64,000 nucleotides of DNA from Pirellulales bacterium (GCA_040901675.1 JBBDYJ010000035.1:64001-128000), one strand, 5' to 3'; shown: positions 10,513 to 21,474, counted from the stretch's first letter. The notes: generated by a model not told the origin, from the sequence alone. Numbers and translations: made by a program.

Positions 10513-11760
10513 CTACCACTGAACCGGCAGGGCAACCAGCGCGCGGGTGCCGATGCGGGAGGAGAAGCGGATTTGGGAGCGGGGAACGGCCAACTGGAGT
10601 TGCGGGAGGCGGGTGAAGAGCCGCTCCAGGGCGATTGCCGTCTCGACCCGGGCCAGCTTCGCGCCGAGGCAGACGTGGATGCCGGTGCCGAAGGCGAGGT
10701 GACGGTTCGGCTGGCGGTGGATGTCCAGCCGCTCGGGATCGTCGAAGACGCCCGGATCGCTGTTGGCCGCCGCCAGGCAGCCAAAAAGCATCTGGCCGCG
10801 GCCGATCCGCTGGCCGCGGAACTCCGTGTCCTGGCGGGCGTAGCGGGGCTTCGTGACCTGGGCAAACGAAATGTAGCGCAGCAGCTCCTGGGCCGCCGAG
10901 TCGGCCAGGCTCCAGTCGGCGGTCAGCTCGGCGAGCTGACGCGGATGGTCGACCAGTGCGAGCACGCTGAGGGCGATCTGGTGGAGTGTCGTTTCATGGC
11001 CGGCCGCCAGCAGCAGGAAGACCATCGCCACCAGTTCGTCCTCGCTGAGCCGGTCGCCGGCCTCCTCCGCCTCGATCAGGGCCGCCATCAGCCCGCCGCG
11101 CGGCCGCTTCGACTGCCGCCGGAACTCCGCGCGCACGTACTGCATCATTTCGCTGAGGCCGGTGAACATCCCCCAAAAAATGCCCAGGATGTTGGTTGAC
11201 GTGGTGAAGCGTGAAGCCCAGCGGGTGAAGCTCGGACGGTCTTCAGGCGGCAGACCGAGCATCTCGCAGATGACGGCCAGCGGGAAAGGTCGTGTAAAAT
11301 GGGCGACTAGATCGACGCCGCCGGGGGAGCGGGCCGCCTGCCGGGCCAGCCCATCCAGTGCCTCGTCGGCCAGCGCTTCCAGCCGCGGGCGAAGGGCCTC
11401 GACGCTCTGCCGCTGGAAGGCCTGATCGACGAGGCCGCGGAGGCGGCGATGGTCCGGCGGGTCGCGCAGCAGCATGTTGGTGGCCAGCGGCTTGAGGTTC
11501 CGCGGCAGCCAGCGGACGATGGTTCCCATCCAGCGGTTGCCGGCCGCGGTGGGGTTTTGCACGAAGCGATGATGATCGCGCAGCAGGTCGTTGACGGCGT
11601 CGTAGGTCGTGGCCATCCAGACCTTGCCGAACAGCGGGAACCGCACTCGGATCACCGGCCCCAGCTCGCGCATCGCCGCCAGCGTGGGAAACGGATTCTG
11701 CTTGAACGCCTGTGAACACAGGTCGAATTCAAGGGCGGGCGGCTCGCTAGCGATGCTCAT
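10513..11760 (-). CDS. Cytochrome P450
   Basis: DPPDHRRLR, AGHETT, ELLR, HLAFGTGIHVCLG heme-thiolate motif. Confidence 0.95.
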   Translation of the reverse strand: MSIASEPPALEFDLCSQAFKQNPFPTLAAMRELGPVIRVRFPLFGKVWMATTYDAVNDLLRDHHRFVQNPTAAGNRWMGTIVRWLPRNLKPLATNMLLRDPPDHRRLRGLVDQAFQRQSVEALRPRLEALADEALDGLARQAARSPGGVDLVAHFTRPFPLAVICEMLGLPPEDRPSFTRWASRFTTSTNILGIFWGMFTGLSEMMQYVRAEFRRQSKRPRGGLMAALIEAEEAGDRLSEDELVAMVFLLLAAGHETTLHQIALSVLALVDHPRQLAELTADWSLADSAAQELLRYISFAQVTKPRYARQDTEFRGQRIGRGQMLFGCLAAANSDPGVFDDPERLDIHRQPNRHLAFGTGIHVCLGAKLARVETAIALERLFTRLPQLQLAVPRSQIRFSSRIGTRALVALPVQW

Positions 11761-11856
11761 CGGACGTTCCTCGGCGCTGCGGAGGCTTGCCTCGTCATTG
11801 CCGTCTACCTCGTCCCACAGCATATCGGCAAACCGACACGCACGCGAACTTCGAAG

Positions 11857-11882
11857 GGAACCAAACCTCGTCGGCCTGCGTC
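11857..11882 (+). promoter_or_regulatory. ECF sigma-type promoter for the WD40-ankyrin gene
   Basis: GGAACC-N16-CGTC, 50 nt upstream of ATG 11933. Confidence 0.5.
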
Positions 11883-11932
11883 CTAAGATATAGTCACCGA
11901 AGCACTTCGTCATTAGCGGGAAGGATACAGCC

Positions 11933-14248
11933 ATGACTGGTTCCTGCAGGCTCGTGATGTGCTTGTCCGCGTTGGCCGTGTGCCTGGCCTTCGCTGGCCC
12001 CGCGCTGGCTGACCAGCCCGGCGAGCCTGAATTCCGGCAGGCAGAAACGCTGCCGCGCGGAGCCATGATGCGCCTCGGGGAAAGGCTCGCCGACAAGCGT
12101 GACCCTGATGACGATAAGGCCGGCCCCAGCTCCGAATATCCTCTGGCGTTCTCGCCCGACGGATCGACCCTGGCGGCCGGCGATTACCCGGCCCGCTCGT
12201 GGGACCGATCGGTCGTGCTGTGGGATTTGAAAACAGGCAAAGAATCGCGGCGGCTGCACGTGGAGAAAGAGGTGCTCATGGGGCTGGCTTTTTCCCCCGA
12301 CGGAGACACTCTGGCCTGGGGCGGCTACGGCAAGATCCACCTCTGGGATCTCGCGACGGGCACGAAGCGCGTGCAATTGGAAACGCAAGAGCGGACGAAT
12401 ATCGGCTCAGTCGCATTCTCTGCGGACGGTAAGCGAATTGCCGCCATCGGGGGAAAGCACGTCCACATTTGGGAGGCTGCGACGGGGCAGGAAATCGGGC
12501 GCTTCACCGGCGACGGTGGCTGGGCACGCGCGGTCGCGATTTCTTCTGACGGCCAAGCCTTCGCAGCGGCGATCGGCACGAGCGTCCACGTCTGGGAGAT
12601 CGAATCGGGCCGGCAACGGCGGCATCTGCCGGAGGCCGCCGGCAAATGGGGCGCGAGCGCCGTCGCGTTTTCGCCGGACGGGAAGTTGCTGCTCTCGGCC
12701 GGCGACAAGCGGCTTCAGCTTTGGGACGCGGCCACTTGGGAAAATCGCCTGAGGCGCGACTTCGAGTCGGCCCATTTGTTTGCGGCGGCGTTCGCCCCTG
12801 ACGGAAAAACGTTCGCCGCCGGTGACGGCTTCGCGGTCCGCTTCTGGAATACGGACTCGGGCCGGGAGTTCTTCAGCTTCGAGCCCTATGGCCAGGCGAG
12901 CGACTTCTCCGCGTTCGCGTTTTCGCCGGATGGAAAGACGTTCGCCACGGTGGACGATCGAGGGGCGGTGCTCATCTGGGATAGGGAGAGACTCCCGAAT
13001 TATCCTCCGGCGAGCTCGCCGGACGGCCTGCCGGTCGGCCGGTGGGTGATCGAGTTCGCCAACGGTGTCGTGGAGACATGCGAGATCCGGAGTGATGGAA
13101 CGGCTGCCGTCGCCGAGCCGAACCGCAACTCCGGCGGCAGGGTGGCCAGCGGCGAGGGGGCGGTCGTGATCGCCTTCGATGACGACCGAGTCGAGCGCTG
13201 GACGCCGATCGGCCAGCGCATCGTCGTTGAACACTGGTACCCGGCAGACAACTTCCCGTGCGCAACACCCGTTCTGGGCATCGCCCATCGCGCGTTGACG
13301 CACGATGGCGTGCCCGTGGAGGAGAAGGACGGTTTATCGGCCCTGCCGATCGACGACGGGCGGCAGGCGTTTTTCAAAGCCATCGCCGAGGGGCGATTCG
13401 ACGACGTCGCCCAGGCCATCCAGGCCGACCCGCAGCTTGTCCACGCCACGTACCAATACGGCGGAACGCCGCTATTCTGGGCGGCCTTCTCCGGCCAGGA
13501 GCAGATTGCGGCCTTGCTCCTGGAGCAGGGGGCCGAGGTCGATGCTCGCGGCATTGAATCCGCCACGCCGCTGTACGTGGCCAGCGAGCGAGGACATGCC
13601 GGCACGGCGAAGCTCCTCCTGGACCACAAGGCCAACGTCGAGGCCGCGAACGAGCGCGGCCTCACGCCCTTGTACGCCGCGGTGTCGCGGGGCCACGAGG
13701 AGGTGGTGGAGATTCTGCTCATAGGCGGCGCCAATCCCAGTGGTCCTGCGGCCGAACCGGGGCGTCGGGCCGTTCACGCCAGCGGCCGCGACAGTCCGCT
13801 GATGCTCGCCGTGTCGTCAGCCACACGGCGGACTGCCAGGACGGCGTTGACTCGCGAAGCCCAGCAGCGCCAGAAAGAGCGTCGGCAGGCAGCCCGCCGA
13901 ATCGCCAAGGCGTTGATCGCTCACCCCGAGTCCGAACTCAACCAGCTCTACATGGGCCAGCAGACTCCACTTCACATGACAGCGGCCGCGGGCGACGTGG
14001 AGCTTACGCGTCTGTTGCTGGAGCATGGCGCCGATCCGAATCTGCGGGATGGCCCGCCGCAGACGCGCAGACACCCGCACCCTTACTTCTCCACGCCCCT
14101 GCACTATGCCGCCAGCGCGGGCAACACGGAGCTGATGGAGCTGCTCGAGCGGCACGGGGCGAGCCCGGACATCAAGAACAGTCTCGGCCAGACACCCGCC
14201 GACCTGCTGCGGGAGAAAATGCGCGAAAAGAAAAGGCGAAAGCAGTAG
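11933..14248 (+). CDS. Secreted WD40-repeat + ankyrin-repeat protein
   Basis: Signal peptide; about 6-7 AFSPDG...W(D/E) blades; TPLF/TPLY/TPLH ankyrin repeats. Confidence 0.88.
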   Translation: MTGSCRLVMCLSALAVCLAFAGPALADQPGEPEFRQAETLPRGAMMRLGERLADKRDPDDDKAGPSSEYPLAFSPDGSTLAAGDYPARSWDRSVVLWDLKTGKESRRLHVEKEVLMGLAFSPDGDTLAWGGYGKIHLWDLATGTKRVQLETQERTNIGSVAFSADGKRIAAIGGKHVHIWEAATGQEIGRFTGDGGWARAVAISSDGQAFAAAIGTSVHVWEIESGRQRRHLPEAAGKWGASAVAFSPDGKLLLSAGDKRLQLWDAATWENRLRRDFESAHLFAAAFAPDGKTFAAGDGFAVRFWNTDSGREFFSFEPYGQASDFSAFAFSPDGKTFATVDDRGAVLIWDRERLPNYPPASSPDGLPVGRWVIEFANGVVETCEIRSDGTAAVAEPNRNSGGRVASGEGAVVIAFDDDRVERWTPIGQRIVVEHWYPADNFPCATPVLGIAHRALTHDGVPVEEKDGLSALPIDDGRQAFFKAIAEGRFDDVAQAIQADPQLVHATYQYGGTPLFWAAFSGQEQIAALLLEQGAEVDARGIESATPLYVASERGHAGTAKLLLDHKANVEAANERGLTPLYAAVSRGHEEVVEILLIGGANPSGPAAEPGRRAVHASGRDSPLMLAVSSATRRTARTALTREAQQRQKERRQAARRIAKALIAHPESELNQLYMGQQTPLHMTAAAGDVELTRLLLEHGADPNLRDGPPQTRRHPHPYFSTPLHYAASAGNTELMELLERHGASPDIKNSLGQTPADLLREKMREKKRRKQ

Positions 14249-14342
14249 GCCGTGCAACGTCCCAGAGCGCGTGGCACCGGCGAACGCAAACGGGCAGCAC
14301 GGACCACCAGACGTGTGTCCGCTTGGCGGCTTTTGCTCCTCG

Positions 14343-14358
14343 CGGCACAACACTTGCC
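14343..14358 (+). promoter_or_regulatory. Sigma54 -24/-12 promoter upstream of capA-like gene
   Basis: CGGCACAACACTTGCC, exact GG-N10-GC spacing. Confidence 0.5.
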
Positions 14359-14490
14359 ATTCAATGCGACCACTCATTCCGTGCCCGCACCCATCGAAAT
14401 GCGCCTGCTTCCCTCCACGTGGGCGATCGATCGCCGTTGTTGGCGAGTAAGACAGGGCATCGCTCGACAGCGTCGTGCGGAGTCGTCCTA

Positions 14491-15663
14491 ATGTCGGTTA
14501 TGTCGGCCAGCGCGAACCCACCTTCGGCCAGCGGAACTTTCAGGATCTTTCTCTGCGGCGACGTCATGACGGGCCGCGGAATCGACCAGATCCTGCCGCA
14601 TCCGTGCGATCCCACGCTGCACGAGCCGTATGTCCTGGATGCACGGCGCTATGTGCAGCTCGCGGAAGAGGTGCACGGAATGATTCACTGGCCGGTCGAC
14701 GAAAGCTACATCTGGGGTGATGCCCTCGAGGTGTGCGACCGCATGGGGCCTGATTTCCGGATCGTCAACCTGGAGACCGCCATCACCACCAGCGACCGCT
14801 ATTGGCCGGGCAAAGCGATCCATTACCGCATGTCGCCGCGGAACGTCGGCTGCCTGACCGCTGCCCGCATCGACTGTTGCGCCTTGGCGAACAATCACCT
14901 GCTCGATTGGGGGTCGGAGGGCATGCTGGAGACGCTGGAGACGTTGCGGCGCTTTGGCATCAAGGCAGCCGGGGCAGGCAGGGACCGGTCGGAAGCTGAG
15001 TCCCCGGCGACGCTCGAACTGCCCGGAAACGGGCGCGTTCTCGTCTTCTCATTTGGAACACCGACGAGCGGGATCCCCTTGGAGTGGGCGGCAACCGACG
15101 ACCGGCCCGGCGTCCATCTCCTGCCCGATTTGTCGGCGACGACGGCACGGGCGGTCAGCCAACTCGTTGCACGGCACCGGTGTGGCGGCGACATCGTCGT
15201 GGCCTCCATCCACTGGGGTGGAAACTGGGGCTACACGATCCCCGGCAGCCAGCGGCAGTTTGCGCGCCGGCTTGTCGACGAGGCGGGAGTGGCCGTTGTC
15301 CACGGCCACTCCTCGCACCATGTCCAGGGGATCGAAGTTTATCGGGATCGGCTCATCCTTTACGGCTGCGGCGACTTCCTGACCGATTATGAGGGCATTC
15401 GCGGACACGAAGACTTTCGGCCCGATTTGGCGCTCATGTACTTTGCGGACATCGAGACAAGCTGGCCGGGACGCCTTGTCCGCCTGCAAATGGCGCCCTT
15501 GCAGTCCTATCGCTTTCGGCTGCGCCGCGCCACGAACGACGACACCCTAGAGATCTCGAATACTCTTAACCGCGAAGGGCTTTCGTTCGGAACTCGCGTT
15601 CGGCTGGACAGCCACGGCATGCTGGAGCTCCAGTGGGGCAGGGCCGCTCCCGAACAGGCTTAA
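14491..15663 (+). CDS. CapA/PGA_cap family metallophosphatase
   Basis: GDVMTGRG, NLET, LANNH, SIHWG, HGHSSHH, YGCGDF motifs. Confidence 0.9.
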   Translation: MSVMSASANPPSASGTFRIFLCGDVMTGRGIDQILPHPCDPTLHEPYVLDARRYVQLAEEVHGMIHWPVDESYIWGDALEVCDRMGPDFRIVNLETAITTSDRYWPGKAIHYRMSPRNVGCLTAARIDCCALANNHLLDWGSEGMLETLETLRRFGIKAAGAGRDRSEAESPATLELPGNGRVLVFSFGTPTSGIPLEWAATDDRPGVHLLPDLSATTARAVSQLVARHRCGGDIVVASIHWGGNWGYTIPGSQRQFARRLVDEAGVAVVHGHSSHHVQGIEVYRDRLILYGCGDFLTDYEGIRGHEDFRPDLALMYFADIETSWPGRLVRLQMAPLQSYRFRLRRATNDDTLEISNTLNREGLSFGTRVRLDSHGMLELQWGRAAPEQA

Positions 15664-15699
15664 ACTAGAGCGGGGCAACGAAAACGGAGGGAATGTTCA

Positions 15700-16176
15700 A
15701 TGTCTGACGCATCACTTCGGGACCATCTCCTTTACCTGCTGCGTGGGGGCGGGGCGCATTTGAGCTTCGACGACGCCATCGCAGGTCTTCCCGTCAAATT
15801 AAGAGCAGCCAAGGTCGACGGCGTCCCGCACACGCCTTGGCGTCTGCTCGAACACCTGCGGATCTGTCAGTGGGACATTCTTGAGTTCTCCAGAAACGCC
15901 GGCCACGTTTCGCCTGACTTTCCGGATGGCTACTGGCCCAAGACCGATGGTCCGCCAGAACCGGGAGCATGGGACCGCAGCGTTGAAGCCTTTCGAGCCG
16001 ACTTGAAGGCCATGACCGATCTGGTCGTCGATCCAAAGACCGATCTGTTCGCGCCGATCCCGCACGGCGACGGCCAGACCATTCTTCGAGAGGCTCTCTT
16101 GATCGCGGATCACAACGCTTACCATTTGGGCCAATTGGTCCTGCTCCGCCGATGCCTGGGTGCCTGGAAAGACTGA
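15700..16176 (+). CDS. DinB-family protein
   Basis: LLEHLRI and DHNAYHLGQ His motifs; GGAGG RBS. Confidence 0.85.
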   Translation: MSDASLRDHLLYLLRGGGAHLSFDDAIAGLPVKLRAAKVDGVPHTPWRLLEHLRICQWDILEFSRNAGHVSPDFPDGYWPKTDGPPEPGAWDRSVEAFRADLKAMTDLVVDPKTDLFAPIPHGDGQTILREALLIADHNAYHLGQLVLLRRCLGAWKD

Positions 16177-16200
16177 TGACCTGAGCAGCGTTCCGCGCCG

Positions 16201-17553
16201 TCACACCTCCGGATGCTTCCACGGCTTGCGGTACGGCCGCCGCAGTAGCTCGTTGGCTTCGGCGTCGCCGGCGACTTGTCCCGTTTCAGCGTCCCAGGCG
16301 AGCGCTCGGCCGAGCTGCATCGACAGGTTGGCCAGGATGCAGCTTGCCGTGGAGATGTGCCCTTGCTCGATGTCGGCGACCGGTTTCGTGCGGTTGACAA
16401 CGGCGTGCACAAAGTCGCGCTGGTGGGCCCGGTTGGCGGTGGCGGCGTGCAGCTCCATGTCTTCCTCGGTCTTGTCTTCCGGGTACTTGTCCTCGGGGTC
16501 GAAGGCGGCCGTCCCCGACAATTCCGCCTCCCTCTTTCCGATCGGGATGAAGTCGTAGCGGTGAACGTCCAGCTTCAGCGTCCCCTTCTCGCCATGGATA
16601 AAGGCGGCCCAGGGATAATCGGGATTAGGCGGGTTGCCCCAGGTCCGGTGCTGCCAGACGACCGCCAGGTCGCCGAAGTCGAAGGTGGCCGCCTGCGTGT
16701 CGGCCGTGTTCGATTTGCCTCCCTTCTGCACCAGGATGCCGCCCGTCGATGAAATCCTCAGCGGCCAGCCCAGGTCGAGCATCCACCGCACCATGTCGAG
16801 CATGTGGATGCACATGTCGCCCATGATGCCGTTGCCGTATTCCATGAACGTCCGCCACCAGCGCTTGTGGGGCAACCCGTCGTAGGGCCGCAGCGCCGCG
16901 GGGCCGGTCCACATCTCGTAGTCCAGGTGCTCCGGCGGACTGGTGACCGGCGGATCGCCGTTGGCCCGCATGTGATAGTAGCAGCAGACCTCCACGTGGC
17001 CGATTTTTCCCAGGCGGCCTTCCTTGATGACTCGATCCCGCGCCTCGACGAGGTGGGGCGTGCTGCGGCGCTGCGTGCCGACCTGCACGACGCGGCCATG
17101 CTCGCGGGCGGCGGCCACCATCGCCTGCCCCTCGACCACGTCGATGCTGATCGGCTTTTGCACGTAGATATCCGCCCCCGCTTCGCAGGCGGCAATCATC
17201 GCCAGGGCGTGCCAGTGGTCGGGCGTGCCGACGAGAACGATGTCGAGGTCCTTCTCCTTGAGCATCTCGCGGTAGTCCCCGTAGAGCCGCGGCCTTTTCT
17301 TCGACGTTTGCCGCTCGGAAACAATCTGGGCGGCCCCCTCGAGCTGCTTCTGGTCCACGTCGCACAGCGAGACGACATCGACGGGTGCCACCTGGATCAG
17401 GCGGAACAGGTCGTTCTTGCCATACCAGCCGCAGCCGATGAGCCCCACGCGCCTGGGCTTCTGGTCGGCAATCTCCTCGGCCAAGAGCCGGCGCGAGGCG
17501 GCGAGCGACAAACCGGCGGCCGTCGTGGCGGTCAGAAAACGTCGGCGGTCCAT
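16201..17553 (-). CDS. Tat-exported Gfo/Idh/MocA oxidoreductase
   Basis: DRRRFL twin-arginine signal, GLIGCGWYG, TPDHWH, YVQKP, DMCIH. Confidence 0.92.
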   Translation of the reverse strand: MDRRRFLTATTAAGLSLAASRRLLAEEIADQKPRRVGLIGCGWYGKNDLFRLIQVAPVDVVSLCDVDQKQLEGAAQIVSERQTSKKRPRLYGDYREMLKEKDLDIVLVGTPDHWHALAMIAACEAGADIYVQKPISIDVVEGQAMVAAAREHGRVVQVGTQRRSTPHLVEARDRVIKEGRLGKIGHVEVCCYYHMRANGDPPVTSPPEHLDYEMWTGPAALRPYDGLPHKRWWRTFMEYGNGIMGDMCIHMLDMVRWMLDLGWPLRISSTGGILVQKGGKSNTADTQAATFDFGDLAVVWQHRTWGNPPNPDYPWAAFIHGEKGTLKLDVHRYDFIPIGKREAELSGTAAFDPEDKYPEDKTEEDMELHAATANRAHQRDFVHAVVNRTKPVADIEQGHISTASCILANLSMQLGRALAWDAETGQVAGDAEANELLRRPYRKPWKHPEV

Positions 17554-17786
17554 GGAAAACCTCCTGGAGAAGAGCTGTGGCCATGAGAACTTGGGCACCC
17601 GCCATTATCCCAGAAAGCCGCGCCAGATGCAGCCAGCCCTCGTCAAATCGGCGATCGTCGCGGCGATTGGTGGCCGCCGGCGCCTACTTCGTGCCTCGAC
17701 GGCGACCGCCGTCACGCCTTGTCGTCCTTCCCGGCTAGCCAGCCAAGCAGCCCCTTGGTTCGCCGCTCGTTGCCTGGTCGTTGCGA

Positions 17787-20495
17787 CTAAACCCGCACGG
17801 CCGTGCCGTCGGCGGGCACGGGCGGCGAGTTGAAGTACTCGTCGGTATCGAGAATCTGCGTCTGGATATCGCGCTGCGAAGCTCCCTGCTGCAACTGCGA
17901 CACAAAGGGAGCAATTTCGGCGTCGCTCGTCGGCTGGCGGTTGAGGTATTGCTGGAACCAATCGGTTACCAGGTTGCGGAAGTTCTCGTCGCTTTTGACA
18001 AAGCCCAGCACCACCTGCTCCCGGCCGAGCCTGCCATTGTCAAGGTGGTCCGTCCAGAAGTCGAGCCCTTGCTGGTCGGGCTCGCGGTTCAATAATCGGC
18101 GATACATCTCGGTGACCCACAGTCGGTTGGTGCCTCCAGCCGAAGCGAAGAACTCCGGTGAGCTGATCATCCCGGCAATCACGTTGTCCGGCTCCCCCTC
18201 AACCTGCCAGCGAGTGCGCCAAAACACCAGCCCTTCTTGCTCGGGCTCGCGGAGCAGGAAATCGCGGTAGAACTGCGAGACGATCGGATCGAGCCGCTCC
18301 GCGCTCAGGAAGATGCCGGCAGCCACGTTGCCCAGGCTGGCCTCGCCGGAGTCAATACGACGCGACCAGAATTCCCAGCCGCTGGGCTCGACACCCCGTC
18401 CCAGGATCTGCAAATACAGCTTCTCGACGAGAGCCGCCGTATGGGAGAGCAGCACCACGGGAGTCGCATCGCTCGTGGCCACGCCATCGTCCGCCTGGTA
18501 GCTGAACGAATCGAAGCCCCAAAAGCCGGTGCCGGGCGCGTAGGTGAACGATCCGTCGGCCAACAGGCTGAGCGTGCCGAACTGTGTCTGCGTGGCCTCT
18601 TGCGCCGCCAATGCATCGCCGTCGGCGTCGCTATCGTTCGAGAGGACGCTGCCGGTGGAGTTCACGGCGGCGCCGCTGCCAACGAGGAATCGATCGGCCA
18701 CGGCTTGCGGGGCGACATTGGCCACGATCGTGAACAGGTAGTCTTCCACTTCGCCGTCCGGCGCTGCGCCACGCGGGCTGAGGCCGCCGGCGGTGCTCAG
18801 CCGAAATCGTGCGAAGGTGTCGCCAAACGCGGCATCGGCCGGAACGTCGAAGTTCAGCGGATTGCCGCCGGCGGAGAGCAAAAGATCGGTCGCGATCTGC
18901 TCGCCAACGTCATCCCAATCGCCGTCGGCGTTGAAGTCGATCCAGGCGTTCAACAACCCGGGAGCGGAAGCCGTCACCGTGAGTTCCGCGGACTGCTCGC
19001 GAGCCAGTGCAAAATCGCCGGTTACGCCATCTTCGTCATCCGCCCCGGCACCGTCGTCGCCCAGTGCGTCCGGACTGGGTTGTCCATCGGCCTCGGCATC
19101 TACCGTGGCGCCCAAAGACAGACCGGAACCGATAACGTGCCACGGGCCGTCGTTCTCCAACAGCGTAGGATACCTGCCGTCCACACCGGCCACTGGATCG
19201 GGCGCATCGCCGAAGTCAAAGGTGAGGCCATCCACCTCGTAGGCGCCGATGTCCACGCTCGCGCCCACTTCGCGCGGAAATCCGCTGCCGCGCTGATCGT
19301 TGAGCAGCGAGAGCGGATTGTCGCCCGCGTCGATGGCCGGGCTGTCCGGTCCCAGCGCATGCGTCAGCACGCCGCCGCCGTAGTCGGCCAAGGGCGCCAG
19401 CCGTGGATCCTGTTCTGTAATGTTGCCGCTGTCGGTGCCGTTGATCGTGCCCGCGGGAATGTTCTCCAGCAGGCTGTTCGACACGTCCAAGGCGCCGAAG
19501 GCACGGTGGATGTCGTTGGGGCCGGTCGAGTCGGCGTTGTCGGCCACGATCGTGCTCACCAGCGTCACGTCGCCGGCCACAAGTTGGATGCCGCCGCCCA
19601 CACCGCCGTTGTCGTTATTGAGATCCGAAACATTGTCGGCGATCGTACTGTTGCGGATCGTGGCCGCGCCGGCAGGGGAGTTGAAGTTCAGACCGCCGCC
19701 ATCGTCGCCCGACCTATTGCCCGAGATCGTGCTCTGCGTGATTTGCAGCGTGACGAAGCTATTGTTGGCGATGACCATGGCGCCGCCGAATTGAGCCGCC
19801 TGGTTATCGGCAAAGGTGCTGTCCACCACCGTCATGCTGCCGTTGTTGGCCCGGTAGTCCACCGCCCCGCTGTCGTTGACCGAGGTGTTGCCAATGAAGC
19901 TGCTGGAAAAAATCAGCAGGTCCCCGCCCCCGCCGGCGACAGCCACTGCGCCGCCCCGGCTGCTCTGATTGCCCACGAGCAGGCTGTTCTCGATGCGCAA
20001 GGTGGCGCCGAAGTTGCTGAAAATGGCCCCGCCGAAGTTGCTGAAAATGGCCCCGCCGAAGGTCGCCTGGCCCCCGGTAAGCGTAAGGCCGTCGATCTCC
20101 ACCGTGCCGCTGGTCGCCGTCACGTGGAACAACCGCGACTTCGCCTGGGCATCGATTGTCAACTGCTCGGCTCCGGGGCCGGCGATGGTGAGCGGATTGG
20201 AGATTTCCATCTGGCCCCGCGACAGTTCGATCGATCCGCTCAGACGGGAGGCGAACTGCACCGTGTCGGCGTCGGCGGTGAGATTAGCCTGCTCGATCGC
20301 TTCGCGCAGCGTGAAGTCGCCGGCGCTGAAGTCGCCGTCGCTCTCGTCGGCCAGCGAATCCACCGTAAACACGGTGGCTAGCATCCGCCGATTTTCCAGC
20401 CGCTCAAACCCCCGCCGATCAACCCTGCCGGGCCGGTTGCGGAGACGGCCCGAAGAGCGGCTTTGCCGCGTGGGCCTTCTGGTGAGCCAGTGCAT
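17787..20495 (-). CDS. Large planctomycete surface protein (CSLREA-like, beta-helix/choice-of-anchor Q, GEVED, Ig-like, DUF4214-like repeats)
   Basis: FERLENRRMLA leader, FTLREAI, GGAI repeats, SPAIDAG..DQRG..DIGAYE, DFGDAP, GEVED, LYxxxLGR repeats. Confidence 0.88.
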   Translation of the reverse strand: MHWLTRRPTRQSRSSGRLRNRPGRVDRRGFERLENRRMLATVFTVDSLADESDGDFSAGDFTLREAIEQANLTADADTVQFASRLSGSIELSRGQMEISNPLTIAGPGAEQLTIDAQAKSRLFHVTATSGTVEIDGLTLTGGQATFGGAIFSNFGGAIFSNFGATLRIENSLLVGNQSSRGGAVAVAGGGGDLLIFSSSFIGNTSVNDSGAVDYRANNGSMTVVDSTFADNQAAQFGGAMVIANNSFVTLQITQSTISGNRSGDDGGGLNFNSPAGAATIRNSTIADNVSDLNNDNGGVGGGIQLVAGDVTLVSTIVADNADSTGPNDIHRAFGALDVSNSLLENIPAGTINGTDSGNITEQDPRLAPLADYGGGVLTHALGPDSPAIDAGDNPLSLLNDQRGSGFPREVGASVDIGAYEVDGLTFDFGDAPDPVAGVDGRYPTLLENDGPWHVIGSGLSLGATVDAEADGQPSPDALGDDGAGADDEDGVTGDFALAREQSAELTVTASAPGLLNAWIDFNADGDWDDVGEQIATDLLLSAGGNPLNFDVPADAAFGDTFARFRLSTAGGLSPRGAAPDGEVEDYLFTIVANVAPQAVADRFLVGSGAAVNSTGSVLSNDSDADGDALAAQEATQTQFGTLSLLADGSFTYAPGTGFWGFDSFSYQADDGVATSDATPVVLLSHTAALVEKLYLQILGRGVEPSGWEFWSRRIDSGEASLGNVAAGIFLSAERLDPIVSQFYRDFLLREPEQEGLVFWRTRWQVEGEPDNVIAGMISSPEFFASAGGTNRLWVTEMYRRLLNREPDQQGLDFWTDHLDNGRLGREQVVLGFVKSDENFRNLVTDWFQQYLNRQPTSDAEIAPFVSQLQQGASQRDIQTQILDTDEYFNSPPVPADGTAVRV
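20007..20061. repeat. Perfect 24-bp in-frame tandem duplication (FGGAIFSN x2)
   Basis: GCCGAAGTTGCTGAAAATGGCCCC twice plus a partial third. Confidence 0.9.
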
Positions 20496-20952
20496 TCAGC
20501 ACCTCCGTTCGTTATCGACGTCTCGGAGTTGACGTCCGCCGCGCAGCGGGCCTCTCGATCCTTCCCGCGACGGCTTGCGGCAATGGGCGACTCCCACTCT
20601 AGGAAGGCAGGCCGCGAGATACAACCAAAAACTCGGATATTTCGGAGTTTTTTTCATGTCGCAAGTCTGCACCCGCCGTGCTGCCGGGATACGGCAATTT
20701 GAGAGAGGCAGCGAGCTTCGTGAGAAGCGCTCAGTGCATTGAGAGCAATTTGCCACCTGGTATTTCTCCCGGTCTGCCGCTGGTTCTCCGAGTCCGTGGG
20801 GCAATCTTGATCCCCGCCTGCCTTGCGGCCGTTCTCATTTGCATTATGCACGCATCGGTCGTTGAACTGCTGTCTGGCCGCTGGTTAGAATGGGGGGGCC
20901 GAGCAGAACCGCTTACCTGACAGAACACGTCTGTTCTTGCGGAGGAAAAACG

Positions 20953-21474
20953 ATGCGACATCAAACATTCTGGAGCGCGGCGGTCGGTCTGGGCCTGCTC
21001 GTGGGGGCCGGCGCAGTCTGGGCCGAGGAAGACGAGCAGGATATTGCGCTGGAGGATCTGCCGAAGGCGGTTGTCGAGGCCGTCAAAGCCCGATTCCCCG
21101 GCGCGGAACTTGCCGAGGCGGAGAAGGAGACGGAGGACGGCCGAACTCTGTACGAGGTCGAACTGAAGCACAACGCTCAGGAGATCGAAGTCTTGGTGAC
21201 GCCGCAGGGGACGATTGTCGAAATCGAGAAGGAGATCGCTGAGAAGGACCTGCCCAAGGCCGTGCGCAAGGCAGTCGCCCAAAAGTATCCAAGGGCCACA
21301 ATCCAGGAGGCCGAGGAGATTACCGTCGTGAAAGACGGCAAGGATCGGGTCTCATCCTACGAGGTTGTCGTTGCGACCCCTGACAAGAAGACGCGCGAAC
21401 TGTTGCTGAAGCCCGATGGCACGATCAGCAGCGATGAACCGGAGAATGACGACGACCTGGAAACGCATCCCTGA
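20953..21474 (+). CDS. Secreted PepSY-like repeat protein
   Basis: Signal peptide; two DLPKAV...YEV...DG repeats; GGAGG RBS. Confidence 0.85.
   Translation: MRHQTFWSAAVGLGLLVGAGAVWAEEDEQDIALEDLPKAVVEAVKARFPGAELAEAEKETEDGRTLYEVELKHNAQEIEVLVTPQGTIVEIEKEIAEKDLPKAVRKAVAQKYPRATIQEAEEITVVKDGKDRVSSYEVVVATPDKKTRELLLKPDGTISSDEPENDDDLETHP

Noticed and set aside
8731..11760. P450 plus serine hydrolase as a biosynthetic gene cluster
   Set aside because: No scaffold enzyme (PKS/NRPS/terpene synthase) or credible precursor peptide nearby
18237..20381. 714-aa plus-strand ORF
   Set aside because: Antisense shadow of the surface protein gene
20660..20678. Minus-strand CGGGTGCAGACTTGC as a sigma54 site for the adhesin
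   Set aside because: Spacing fits but the -24 element is too poor a match to call
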